From Euryarchaeota archaeon TMED192 (GTDB taxonomy: Archaea; Thermoplasmatota; Poseidoniia; Poseidoniales; Thalassarchaeaceae): a DNA stretch of 49,629 bases. The notes below the pieces were generated by a model. The model saw only the letters and a program-made list of their open reading frames with translations, was not told the DNA's origin and searched no databases. Each line of letters opens with the position of its first letter. The first letter of the stretch is position 1. Of the stretch, positions 17,947 through 28,400 are shown one piece after another. The translations under genes were made by a program, and so were the position numbers. Location: contig NHIP02000003.1 in the NCBI GenBank assembly GCA_002170775.2, forward strand, positions 221,776 to 271,404, written 5' to 3'.

Positions 17947-18848
17947 CTATCTGCCTCCATGAGCATTGTCATGTCAATTGGCGAAGAATCCATTGTTAGT
18001 GCTCCCGATGATACGACATCCATACCTGAATGGGACCATCTGGCCAATTCGCTTGTCCGCACACCGCCGGAGCCCTCTAGCACGAGTCCGCCTCGAAGGC
18101 CCTTCGTTTCCAATTGGCGTGCGACATCAAGAGACCCCTCGGGTCCCAAGTTATCTAGTAATAGAGTCAGAAGGTCAGTGATCTCATTTTTCTGTATGTT
18201 GTTTTTCCATTCTCGTGCCACGGTAAGTGCGTGTTCCATTGATGTGACTTCGATGACGAGGAAGTCACTGTTGAAAGCAGCATTAGACATTTGATCAGTG
18301 AGTGAGATAGTGGAAAGCGCCGAGTCATTTTCCTTTATCATCGGAGCATCTGATCTGTCTATTCTGTGCGTCAAGCCGCCTCCCACGTGTACAGCCCACT
18401 TGTCAAGTACACCCCAGAGTGTTTTTCTGGTTGCAGCAATAGCTACCCCGTCAAGGATTTTCACCCATTTTGACGTCTTAGTAGCAATACCGCTCATCCT
18501 AGTAATCAGATTCATCGCAGTTCGCTCAACCGACAAAATCTCCGTTCCATCTGCTTCTATTGATAATATCACATCTCCGTCTAGAAATCCATCTCCCTCG
18601 GAAATATTCCATTTCAGATGTGAATTCTGACAATTATTTGAAAAGAGGTGATTCAAGACTGGTTGCCCAGCAAGTATACCCGATTCCTTAGCGATTATTT
18701 TTGCAATCGCATGGGGATTTGGTGTTAGCGGAGTTCCAGATGGGTCGTCACCAATCAAGGTCTTCGTCCATCGATCCATAGATTCAGTGAATCGTGCTGT
18801 GGGCGCGTCGGTCCAGAGCAAATGGGACCTGTCGTGGGGTAGACCCAT
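17943..18848 (-). CDS. nadC: Quinolinate phosphoribosyltransferase (nicotinate-nucleotide pyrophosphorylase)
   Basis: Motifs ERTAMN...SGIAT, ATRKT, GGGLTHR, LLDN, EGSGG and SSGALT. Its stop codon overlaps the start of the downstream gene. Confidence 0.85.
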   Translation of the reverse strand: MGLPHDRSHLLWTDAPTARFTESMDRWTKTLIGDDPSGTPLTPNPHAIAKIIAKESGILAGQPVLNHLFSNNCQNSHLKWNISEGDGFLDGDVILSIEADGTEILSVERTAMNLITRMSGIATKTSKWVKILDGVAIAATRKTLWGVLDKWAVHVGGGLTHRIDRSDAPMIKENDSALSTISLTDQMSNAAFNSDFLVIEVTSMEHALTVAREWKNNIQKNEITDLLTLLLDNLGPEGSLDVARQLETKGLRGGLVLEGSGGVRTSELARWSHSGMDVVSSGALTMDSSPIDMTMLMEADR

Positions 18849-18910
18849 GCTTGTGCGTCTAATAGGGGTTAATTTAACCGTCCTAGGGGTATGTTCGTCT
18901 TAGTTTTTCA

Positions 18911-19000
18911 TTAGGCCAAGATTGGGGCAGCAGCCATTACCGCTATCGCGAAAGAGGCGTAACTTCCAATCAAGAACACTAGTATCTGTCCTGCATTCAT
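18911..19000 (-). CDS. Putative 29-aa single-TM peptide (not in the ORF track)
   Basis: ATG...TAA gives MNAGQILVFLIGSYASFAIAVMAAAPILA, uncharged and hydrophobic. It fills the 247-bp gap between pcc1 and nadC in the same orientation. Confidence 0.5.
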   Translation of the reverse strand: MNAGQILVFLIGSYASFAIAVMAAAPILA

Positions 19001-19026
19001 AATCCGTCTGTAGAAACGAGGTTACT

Positions 19027-19054
19027 ATGAAGGGATGTATTTTATTCCCTTCAT
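19027..19054. promoter_or_regulatory. Inverted repeat (candidate operator or terminator hairpin)
   Basis: ATGAAGGGA-N10-TCCCTTCAT, perfect 9-bp arms, 27 bp upstream of the small ORF. Confidence 0.4.
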
Positions 19055-19095
19055 CCCATAAATATCCATGTATTTCTGCAACCTTTCTCGGATTC

Positions 19096-19335
19096 TCAAT
19101 CTTCCAAAACGTCGTCTGCAACCGTTGCAGCCCCGAGACATGCGAGGATGTCGTCTGCAGTTGCCTTGGCAGTGCTCAAAGAGCTGGCCTTTACAGTAAT
19201 GATGGCCTCGATCGAAGATTCATGATTCACGAAATCGACGCTGAATGCCTCGGGGTCATCTGGTTCTATTGACTGTATGGCTCTTTTTATTTTGCCTGGG
19301 TCGCCTGACCATCTAATCTCGATAGCCGACTCCAT
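19096..19335 (-). CDS. pcc1: KEOPS complex subunit Pcc1
   Basis: 79 aa. SIEPD and ITVKASSLSTAKATADDILACL match the Pcc1 pattern. Confidence 0.8.
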   Translation of the reverse strand: MESAIEIRWSGDPGKIKRAIQSIEPDDPEAFSVDFVNHESSIEAIITVKASSLSTAKATADDILACLGAATVADDVLED

Positions 19336-19417
19336 GGGCCACCGACGGCGTGATTATGCTTTGAGTCATCGGAGAATTGACCGATGACCACTTCAACCCC
19401 AATACGTCCGCCATGAC

Positions 19418-21070
19418 GTGGTACGAGAGCTCATCAGGCTAGAGGACGTGCACCGCTCCTTCGGGCCGGTGACGGTTCTAGAAGGTGTAAACGTCAGAAT
19501 CGACGAAGGGGATAGGATTGGGATTGTCGGACACAATGGTGCTGGTAAAACAACGCTACTGAGGACTGTTTCTGAACAAGATCAGGATGTCGGAGAGATA
19601 TCATTTGCTCCAGGTCTCCGCATTGCGTTTCTAACACAGGTCAGGGATATCAATGACGGTGCTACACTAGAAGAAGAATTAGGGCGAAAAGGTCGCCAGT
19701 TCGAGGAGATCGATGAAGAGTTGTCCATGATAGAGGCGAAGATGGCTGATCCGTCCTTTTACGAAGGAGATTGGCAGGTGGATATTGACCGCTACCAAGA
19801 ATTGCAGAGCATGAATGCGAAAAGTGGTGGTTCGAATGTGGCAAGTCATGCGCAGGAAATCCTTCGTGCTCTTGATCTCTCACAACACCCCATGGAAACG
19901 CCGCTTGAATCCCTTTCAGGAGGGGAGCGGGCAAAGGTTGCCCTTGCCCGACAGCTTGTTGGTCTCTCTGAAATCGAGGTATTCTTCCTAGATGAGCCTA
20001 CAAATCACCTCGACTTAGAAACACTGGATTGGCTTGAGAGGTTTCTCCTTAATTTCAAAGGCGCCATAGTTGTAGTTAGCCATGACAGGTATTTTCTTGA
20101 TCGTATCTGTAATGCTGTTTTAGAAGTGCAAGATGCGCATGTTAGGGGATACACCGGCAATTACACATCCTATCTCAAGCAAAAAGAGCTCTTTCTCCAA
20201 ACTCTTGAAGATCGGATTGAAAAAACGCAGAAAGAATTGCGTCGATTGAAAGGCGCAGTTCAATCCATGAAATCAGCCAATAAGTACGATAAATCAATCT
20301 CACAGAAACATGTAATGATCAATCGTTCTCAACGTGAATTGAAATGGCTCCGTTCTTTGAAACCTAAAGCGAGACGTGCATTGAAATTCACATTGGAATC
20401 GAGTGAGAAATCAAGTCTTGAAGTTCTAGATATAGCAGATGGGACATTGCTTTTCGATGGACTTCAAAGGCCTATTTTCAAGTCGGTCGAGGCTAGTGTT
20501 AGGAGAGGCCAGAAGATAGGCGTAGTTGGAGGAAACGGGGCGGGGAAGACAACTCTGCTGAGGACCATAATGGGAGAGATCAAACTAGATTCTGGGAAAA
20601 TAGATGTCAGGCCCGGTGTACAGATTGGCTACTTTCACCAAGATCATCGGTCTCTTGACTTTGAATTGACCCCAGTTGAACAGATACGCTCCCTGAAACC
20701 AAGAATGGAGTACGGGGATATACGGGCCATGCTGGGACAGTTCCAATTCACAAAGGATATGGTTAGTACCAAATTGAAGGCACTTAGCGGTGGTGAGAGG
20801 GCGCGGATAGCACTGTTGAAGCTACTTCTTGAGGAGAATAATCTTCTCTTGTTAGATGAGCCTACCAATCATTTGGACACAGACGCAAAAGAAGCCTTGG
20901 AAGGGGCTCTGGGGGATTATGATGGCAGTATAATCACAGTTAGCCATGATAGGTGGTTCTTGGACAGGGTTTGCGATACCATCTGGGAGCTCCCGGGGGA
21001 TGGACGGATTATCATCTGGCCAGGAAACTACACTCGTTATCTCGAAAGGGTTCGAAATCGAAAAAAGTAG
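19418..21070 (+). CDS. ABC-F family ATPase (ribosome-associated)
   Basis: Two ABC domains (GHNGAGKTT / GGNGAGKTT, LSGGER x2, LDEPTNHLD x2) and no TM segments. Confidence 0.95.
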   Translation: MVRELIRLEDVHRSFGPVTVLEGVNVRIDEGDRIGIVGHNGAGKTTLLRTVSEQDQDVGEISFAPGLRIAFLTQVRDINDGATLEEELGRKGRQFEEIDEELSMIEAKMADPSFYEGDWQVDIDRYQELQSMNAKSGGSNVASHAQEILRALDLSQHPMETPLESLSGGERAKVALARQLVGLSEIEVFFLDEPTNHLDLETLDWLERFLLNFKGAIVVVSHDRYFLDRICNAVLEVQDAHVRGYTGNYTSYLKQKELFLQTLEDRIEKTQKELRRLKGAVQSMKSANKYDKSISQKHVMINRSQRELKWLRSLKPKARRALKFTLESSEKSSLEVLDIADGTLLFDGLQRPIFKSVEASVRRGQKIGVVGGNGAGKTTLLRTIMGEIKLDSGKIDVRPGVQIGYFHQDHRSLDFELTPVEQIRSLKPRMEYGDIRAMLGQFQFTKDMVSTKLKALSGGERARIALLKLLLEENNLLLLDEPTNHLDTDAKEALEGALGDYDGSIITVSHDRWFLDRVCDTIWELPGDGRIIIWPGNYTRYLERVRNRKK

Positions 21071-21073
21071 GCG

Positions 21074-22342
21074 CTATGCAAAGTCTGAGATTCTAGTTTG
21101 GTTCAATCTTTTCCCAAACCATGATTTCATCACTTCCTTGGAGGAGGACGCTTCCATGGCCATAGTGGAAATCGCGTCGTTTACTGTGTCAAATTTTTGG
21201 GGGGTGGCGTTCAATGCCTCTCTACAGGCCTCACGGATGAGCCAGACGCCAACAGGAGCCCAATAGCCAGGCCCTATATCCCTCCATACGAATGCGGACC
21301 CTGATCTCCGTATGGATTTGAGATGCTCTAGGACCGATAGTCGTGCCGCATAATAAGCTCCAGTAACGTTGTCGGCATACTTGGCCCTTGGGCGTCCGTC
21401 TTCCCAGTCGGAAGACACATTTCCGGGACTGGACCACAATGAGTCTTTCATCCAAGCCTCGGACATCTGGAAGGCCCATGACCCTGGTGCGATGACTATC
21501 CAGAAGCGATTATCTAGATACTCGGAACGATGCAAGTGAATCTTGTCAAGTGACGGGAAATCAAGAGTCTGACTCCAGATTCGATCTCCTAACGCGCTGT
21601 CTGTTGCTGTGATAGACCATCTTGTAGGTACTAATCGTCTTTGTTCGTCTTTTCCCAGAAGACCAGAGGATAGTAGTCTGGAAAGATGTGCCTCGCCGAC
21701 TCCGTTCATTGAGAGTTCATCTATTGCTTCGGTGGCCAAGAGGTCGGTCTCGTCGACAATAGAGTCAACTTTCCTGGGTATTCTGGCATGTCCAATTACT
21801 TCCAAATCTTCGATTGTTCCACTTGGGCCGAGTGGTGTGCTCATGGAGTCGAAAGTCAGAGGCGTGCTCAAATCGACTGGTCCTCTGAAACCGATCCCGA
21901 TCTCGACCTCCTTTTCGGCCATTGCAATTTCTTGTGTTGAAGCTAGGACTCTTCCAGGTTTTTCTGCTTCCCAAACTTTTGATGAACGGCCTCCTGTGAC
22001 TAGGCCTGCGTGTCTTGTTGCAACTTCCTCGATAGGTCGGCCGTAGAGTTGCGCCGGGTCAGAAATTGGGGTAGCGTCGTCTTGTGTCCAAATCGTAGAT
22101 GGCCCCACCCTTACATCCGGATATCCGTATCTTCCTACGAATACCTGGGGGGGAGAAGGACCTTCAATCCGATCGGTGATACGTGGTTTCGTCGGCTGAA
22201 ACCTGTTTCTTACCTCAAGAAGCAGTGGGCATGGGTCTAACCCGCAGAGCGATTTCTTCCCTCTGCAGTCTATACACTCGGGGAACACTGGCCTGTAATC
22301 GTCATCGGGCGCTCTTAGCGATAATGGCGGAAAAGCGTTCAT
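21074..22342 (-). CDS. Nre family DNA repair protein (PCNA-interacting)
   Basis: N-terminal CIDC..LCG..PCP, then GPSPPQVFVGRYGYP, LVPTRWSITATD, GAYYAARL and PVGVW, with a C-terminal PIP box QTRISDF. Start at 22342 (4-nt overlap with the upstream gene) or 22351. Confidence 0.92.
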   Translation of the reverse strand: MNAFPPLSLRAPDDDYRPVFPECIDCRGKKSLCGLDPCPLLLEVRNRFQPTKPRITDRIEGPSPPQVFVGRYGYPDVRVGPSTIWTQDDATPISDPAQLYGRPIEEVATRHAGLVTGGRSSKVWEAEKPGRVLASTQEIAMAEKEVEIGIGFRGPVDLSTPLTFDSMSTPLGPSGTIEDLEVIGHARIPRKVDSIVDETDLLATEAIDELSMNGVGEAHLSRLLSSGLLGKDEQRRLVPTRWSITATDSALGDRIWSQTLDFPSLDKIHLHRSEYLDNRFWIVIAPGSWAFQMSEAWMKDSLWSSPGNVSSDWEDGRPRAKYADNVTGAYYAARLSVLEHLKSIRRSGSAFVWRDIGPGYWAPVGVWLIREACREALNATPQKFDTVNDAISTMAMEASSSKEVMKSWFGKRLNQTRISDFA

Positions 22343-23457
22343 ATCCCCCAATGTCGGTTTGCATTGGGGTCGTCGTCTTCATTCCTTAGAGAGTCAACTA
22401 CGACTCTCAAAAGATAGTAGAAGACGACAGAAATGAATGGGAGGCCCCAATCATCAACCACGGTTGACACTGATGGCTGGTAATTCGGCCACTCCTGCAA
22501 AAGATCGACAGTGGCGTTGATGAACGCATAAGAAACAAGTCCTAATCCGATCATGAGGATTGACTGCCCGCGGAATGTGCCTTCTTTCCATCTAAGCACC
22601 CCCAGTGAAAGTGAGAAACAGACTCCCGCTATAACAAGCCACTGGAGAGCATCGTCGATGGCTCTGGCCCATATCCATACCGTTGATTTATCTCCATAAA
22701 GGGAGTTATTCGTAAACACGTCAAATGCGGCGAGTATGCTGAATAACACAGAAACTACCGAGACCGCCCATAGTAGAGATGAGAATAATCCTCCAGATGC
22801 GCTGTTCCGCATATCGTCGAAGAGTCGTTCGAGTTGCTGCTCCCACCCTAGGCCTTTAGCAAGAATCCATGCTCCGATGATAAGGGGAAGTGAACCTATC
22901 ACGATGTTCCCATATTTCGGTACAATGAGTCCCAGACCCAGTATTAGGAGAAAAGTTGCAATTGGTACTAGGAGTCTTGCTCTCCATCGGGGGTCTTCGA
23001 TTGCCTTTGCAATGTAATAGTAGGTGCTCTCGATTCCCTTGGACTGTCTAACAATGATTTTCTCGATATGATCGATACGGACCCTTGAAGAAATAATCGG
23101 AAGTGATGCTTCATCTTCGGCGCCGTCTGTTACAAGAACCGCAGTATCTGGTTGAAAAAGCCGGATTACTTCATCCAGTTGACTTGCAATCGCTCGATCG
23201 CTTCTAGGCCCCACTCGCACGTCTCCTGTGAGGATTGCTACTTCGACTCCATCGTTCGATTCAGATTTTTCGACTAATCTATCATGATGATGCAATGCTC
23301 CCATGATAGCGTTTGTATCGCTCTCTTCGGGATCTGCGATTCCAAGTCTCAAAGCTGCTGTCAGAGTAGCCTTTCGGCCTATGACTGGCCCCCTCACGCC
23401 AGCTTTGACCCCGAGATCATTATCTCGGTCAACAGTGACGACTAACGTTCTCACCAT
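22339..23457 (-). CDS. DUF373 family archaeal membrane protein
   Basis: Motifs VDRDNDLG, DPEESDTN, VTDGAEDE and IVRQS, followed by multiple TM helices. Confidence 0.9.
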   Translation of the reverse strand: MVRTLVVTVDRDNDLGVKAGVRGPVIGRKATLTAALRLGIADPEESDTNAIMGALHHHDRLVEKSESNDGVEVAILTGDVRVGPRSDRAIASQLDEVIRLFQPDTAVLVTDGAEDEASLPIISSRVRIDHIEKIIVRQSKGIESTYYYIAKAIEDPRWRARLLVPIATFLLILGLGLIVPKYGNIVIGSLPLIIGAWILAKGLGWEQQLERLFDDMRNSASGGLFSSLLWAVSVVSVLFSILAAFDVFTNNSLYGDKSTVWIWARAIDDALQWLVIAGVCFSLSLGVLRWKEGTFRGQSILMIGLGLVSYAFINATVDLLQEWPNYQPSVSTVVDDWGLPFISVVFYYLLRVVVDSLRNEDDDPNANRHWGI

Positions 23458-23541
23458 GGTAGTACCAATACGGAATAGAGGGGGTGAAGATTTGAATTGT
23501 TTGCCGACATGGGAGAAAAATAGTCGGTCGGAGAAGATTGC

Positions 23542-24654
23542 TCACGTTTCGAACCTTGCTCTCGAACGCTGTTTGGCTCGAAGATATTTGAGTGGATGCG
23601 TCAACCACTCTTGATCGCACAGCCTATCGTCTCCCTGGGAGACCGGGCACCTTGCGGCTGCCTTGAGTGCTGCACAAGCATGAGGCGTGTATTCACGCTC
23701 GTAGACATGTCCGACTTGATAGGCGGTTGTTTGAGGGTCGTAGTCAGGTGCGCCTTCAAACATTGAGCAAGCCACATCAACGGGTATGCCGATGCTACTA
23801 GCCATCGCAGCAACGAATACCCTACCGACGTGATTTACGTTGACTCCCGAAGCCAGCTCCTCAATCGATGTTGAAAAGCAAGGAGGCCAATCATCACGAG
23901 TGGCGGCGGATACTGGCATCTCAGATCTGACTTGGGAGCCGAAAAGTTCGGTTATTCTTGTCACTTCTTCCCCCAGGCGATCTGCCATTGGCTCAGACAT
24001 TTTTTCCATGCTTTCACGGCACCTCTGGATCAAATCCTCCCGAATTCTTTCTTTTATCAGTCGTGCAACACGCTCTCTGCTGCTCTCACCGGAAGCGGGG
24101 TCTAGAGTTACCCAACCGTTCTTCACCGGTCTATTGACAAGCCTCCAATAGGAGCCGGATATTCTAGGGCACAATTCTAAGAAATCAGCTATAGGAACCG
24201 AATAGATTACTTGACCGTCACGGAATGTCGACTCGATAGATGATAGATATGTCCCAGCTACTAATTCGAACCTCTCACTATCTCGCCCTATGTTTTTGTC
24301 TGCAAGGCTGGATTCGCCTTCCGCCCAGCGCGCCATGAGCCTCTCGTCAAAAGAAGCGCATACGACAAGAAAGGCATACTGATATGCAGCTATTGCAAAA
24401 AGCCTGGATGCCTCATTCGCCAGATCGACAGAAATCATGGGATCTGCGTCTGACTTGTGTACGATAGACTCCACGAGCCTGAGGCGTCCAAGTGATCTCG
24501 CCTCCTCGAGCCATCCTTGTTCGATGATAGCGTCGATGTCGATACCATTCTCATCAAACAGCTTTCGAATATGGGGTCGTGCCTGTGGTAGGAATGGGTA
24601 TCGTGCCAATGCGCTCGGATCGACGAGGTCCGGTGGCGTGACGGGCATCGGCAT
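23542..24654 (-). CDS. priL: DNA primase large subunit
   Basis: Motifs ARYPFL, WRLVNRPVKNGWV and WPPC, with C-terminal Fe-S cysteines (HAC, RCP, LC) and HPLKY. Start set at ATG 24654 because the longer ORF abuts the divergent gene. Confidence 0.9.
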   Translation of the reverse strand: MPMPVTPPDLVDPSALARYPFLPQARPHIRKLFDENGIDIDAIIEQGWLEEARSLGRLRLVESIVHKSDADPMISVDLANEASRLFAIAAYQYAFLVVCASFDERLMARWAEGESSLADKNIGRDSERFELVAGTYLSSIESTFRDGQVIYSVPIADFLELCPRISGSYWRLVNRPVKNGWVTLDPASGESSRERVARLIKERIREDLIQRCRESMEKMSEPMADRLGEEVTRITELFGSQVRSEMPVSAATRDDWPPCFSTSIEELASGVNVNHVGRVFVAAMASSIGIPVDVACSMFEGAPDYDPQTTAYQVGHVYEREYTPHACAALKAAARCPVSQGDDRLCDQEWLTHPLKYLRAKQRSRARFET

Positions 24655-24706
24655 GCGTCTGTGAGTGACCGGCAGGGTTCTTGAACGCTCACGATAGGCG
24701 TACGAC

Positions 24707-25447
24707 ATGGAGGGTCAGAAAGACCCAAGTCGAAGGTCCAATCTTTTACAGTTGCAAAATGAGATCAGATTGGCATTCGGTTGGAGTTTGGAAAGCGATG
24801 TGGGTGTCGCTAAATGGCTCATTGATGAAGTGATGAAGAAGGGATATCCGAACTGGTCTTTTGATAAATTCGATTCAAACTGGTTCAATGTTAAATCAGA
24901 ATTGCTCAGTAGGAGCGAATGCGTCTGCATAGTAGGCGCGGCAGTTGAAGAATATGAAGTGGAGAAAGCGCTTGAAAAAGGCTGTTCTTTGATAATTGCA
25001 GATGGCTCAGCAGGCGTTTTTTCAGAATTAGAAGATCCGACCAATGGGTGGAATCAGACAATAGCGATTGTCACCGATGGTGATGGGGGCAGGGGCTTAG
25101 ATGAGGCGATTGAGCGTAATGTTCCACTCTTCATACACGCGCATGGCGATAATCGAATGGCTTTGGAATCGCTCATCTCAAAACTGGGAGATCATCCAAT
25201 TTCTCTAACCCATCAAACGCCTCATGAGATACTAGGCATGCGCAATCCCGGAGGTTTCACAGACGGCGATAGGGCGGCTTGTATTGCAATTTCGATGGGT
25301 GTAGAGTTGAGCCGTATCGACCTTTTGGGGACTAGGTCGGATATGGTGGGGAAATATTCAGGGGTTACCAATCCAGAAAGGAAGATGAAGAAGTTGGCCT
25401 GGATGAAGAGGATTCTGGAGGATCTCGGATTCGTGGGTATCAAATAA
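24707..25447 (+). CDS. mptE: 6-hydroxymethyl-7,8-dihydropterin pyrophosphokinase (MptE/DUF115)
   Basis: Motifs IIADGS, IVTDGDG, HAHGDN, NPGGFTDGDRA and KMKKLAW. Confidence 0.88.
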   Translation: MEGQKDPSRRSNLLQLQNEIRLAFGWSLESDVGVAKWLIDEVMKKGYPNWSFDKFDSNWFNVKSELLSRSECVCIVGAAVEEYEVEKALEKGCSLIIADGSAGVFSELEDPTNGWNQTIAIVTDGDGGRGLDEAIERNVPLFIHAHGDNRMALESLISKLGDHPISLTHQTPHEILGMRNPGGFTDGDRAACIAISMGVELSRIDLLGTRSDMVGKYSGVTNPERKMKKLAWMKRILEDLGFVGIK

Positions 25448-28400
25448 AATCGCTCAGCGTCATCACGGTAACTTTGTCGTTATCGAATAACGAATCAACG
25501 CTGGACTGCATCCATTCCACACGTTGTCTGGTGTAGAGATCTATACCATACATATCCATAACATCATTCGTGACTTGGATGTACTTTCTAACTGACTTGG
25601 GGAATACCGTAAGAGTCAGATTTCCTCCACAAACGTTAGCATGCCTCTCGTCGCTTGAATTGTCTAAACGACTGGTCTGATTGTTCCTAGCTACCTTAGC
25701 AATGCATGATCCTGAGAGTGGTATTCTGCGATAAGACGTGTTGCATTTGACGCAGCGAATTTTCTGCCTTGAAAAGGCAACTAGATTTCCGCGTATATCT
25801 CTAAGGAAATGCGACTCAATGACTTGCTTGGCGACCCTCTCCACGGAGACTGCGCGAAGTTGTGAAGCCAATGCGAGTTGTGCGTCCATTTTCTCCCTCA
25901 TTGTATCAAGAATCTTGTATTGGGAGTTTGATGGGCCAGAAGAAAGGCCTGCTGAATCATGAGTCCAGCCATAACCGCGGACATCCCCCACCGTTCCCAC
26001 TCTGTTGTCTACCATGTCGACAATATGTTTCACTTCGGAGGGATGCAGTTGGGACATTGTCGCTTCATAAAATTCAGGGGGGTACATCCACGAGCAGTCT
26101 ACGTTGAGTGCTTCTTTGTCTATCTGACTGGGGAGTAATTGAGTAGTGAGTACAAGTGGGGCGTCCATTTGTCCCCCGCGATTTGATGGGAGGATGTCCC
26201 TCGAAAAATTAAGGAGTCCCTCCAGTAGTAACATGACGCAATCTTCATCTCCATCGCAATTGCGTCTCTTCGCCGCATGAAATAGCGGGTGTGCGTAACC
26301 GGCCGATGCATCTGACCAACCAATTATCCTACAAAGTACACCGCCAGATGTGTGAGGCGCCAACCCTATTGCGAGATGGCCAACGAGGTCTTGCTTACCT
26401 TCATATTTGTAGAAAGACTGCATATCATACATTTTTGTGAGTTCGTCATCAACAAACCTACAAGTTCTCGAAAGATGGTCTTCTGCATTTGTTGAAAGTA
26501 TGATGTCCTGAGGGAATATTTCGAGTATCTGTTCATCGGAGGAAAGGGGTTCTCCATCCATATCTTTAGTGTATCCGAGGTCCAGCAGAGTTCTCCATGG
26601 AGTCCCTATCTCAGATGGCCGAAAATGAGTAATTGGAACATCGATCATATCGAATCTGGATGTTCCGTCTTTGTTCACTGAAACATCATGCAGTGCTCTT
26701 AAAATCCCTTTCTCGAGGGGTTCTGGGGTCTGTAGTCTAGATTCGAGTTCTCTTGTCGCCTTCATTGGTCTTGGAAGAGAATTGAGGCCGAGATTCTTTC
26801 TTGCTGATTCTAGAATCGTGGTGAATTGTACGTGTCTTTTTTCTCCCAGCCTACGGTTACTTTCTTTGCGCCTTCTTATCTCCGTCCTCCCGTTGCATTG
26901 GCCACTGCCATCACCATGATCATGACGACATGTGATTTCATGGGTATCCCTGCCGCATTCTATGCAGCGCCTTATGCTCACATCGACACTCAAAGCACCC
27001 TTTCCAATTTGGCCGAGCAGTCTTTGGGGGCCCCCATTGTTTCCAATGGGATAGAGTGCATGGGTATACTGCTTCATCTCCCTTCTCTGGGCCTTTTCCG
27101 GTCGGCCCATTCTAGCTCCTATTCGAGTTGGGGCTGAATCTTCCCACCGATGCTTAGAGATTTTTCTGACGAGCCAAAGTGACTGTTCTACTTCGTCATC
27201 GTCAATTAGAATTTTCGAAGTTAACAATTCATCTGGATTCGGGGGGCCGGGATCTTCGATCTCAGCAGCTGCTGCTTCGCCTATTTTCTCAGTCTCTTCC
27301 ACACCGAGATTCTGTTGTCTGGCCTCAGTCTCAGCACTTATTCTACGCTCTGTCTTAACTATCTCTATCTGCTCAATTCGTTTTCTTTCGGCCTCAAGTA
27401 CGTCTCTCGCCTCTCTAATTGCCGAAAGCCTTCGATTGGCAATCTCTAACACAGTGTCATGTCCATCTATCTGATTTTCATCGGCGAGGGTGTCGAATAA
27501 AGGTTGCCAGCCCTTCTCTATGATGATGTTCTTTCCACTCATTCTGTGCTCTATTCCCAATCTCATGAGAGAGAATCTGATTGGACCATAACGATCGATT
27601 ATGGGGGCACTGCGTTCATCGATGGACTGGGTTTCAAGGTCATCCAAGAATGGGATTATGAGTTTTTCAGAATCCATTTCGGAAGCGGATATAGCTGCGA
27701 GCAATGTTGGGATTGCAGCTAGAGGGAGATCCGACCACCAGAGATTCCAAGGAGGGGGTATGGCAGTCCCAAATTCTTCAGAAATCATGGTGGATTGCTT
27801 CCAACTCAACTCTGCTGATCTGAGTAGCCTGTCCCAATCCCTTCTCCGTCGTTCTCTCTCATGATGCGTTTCTCCCCCTCTTTTTATTGCCCCATTGAAC
27901 GGAAGTCCGCCCGGTATCTCGGTTTCATCTATGTCCAAAATCTCAACTAGCCGGTCAAGTTTGTTTGGCATGTCTATTTTCATTGCAAGTTCACTCGCCC
28001 ACCAATCTCTGTTGTAGGCAGAAGGGACCAGCGGCTTGTTGTTCTCAAGAAATTCTCCAAATCCAATCAATATCTCTCCAGCGTCCCAGATTAATTCTAC
28101 CTCGTTCTTGACTCGATGCCATTCCTCTTCGCTCTGAATTCTCTTGAAATTACCATCGCTCAAGATGACCATGGGGCCTTCTACTGACGATGTGGGAGTC
28201 ACTGCGCATGCCTTCCCCGGCCTTTCGATTTTCATCTGGGTGCCGACCGAAAGAAAGCCGCCAAGAGCATGCATACTTACTGGATTCAGACCTGCGGCGG
28301 CGAGACCTGTTGTACGACTTCTACCGTACCTAAGTCGGAAGCCTCCTGGCTCACAAGGCTCGCCAAATACTGGCCTACCAGCGATTATATCCTCCATGTA

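Noticed and set aside
18900-19272. ORFs 18900-19121 (-) and 19027-19272 (+)
   Set aside because: Both overlap pcc1 and look non-protein-like; the 29-aa ORF in another frame fits the gap better.
26230-26290. Intein in DP2
   Set aside because: The catalytic HAAKRRNCDGDED is contiguous, and no intein terminal motifs or LAGLIDADG blocks are seen.
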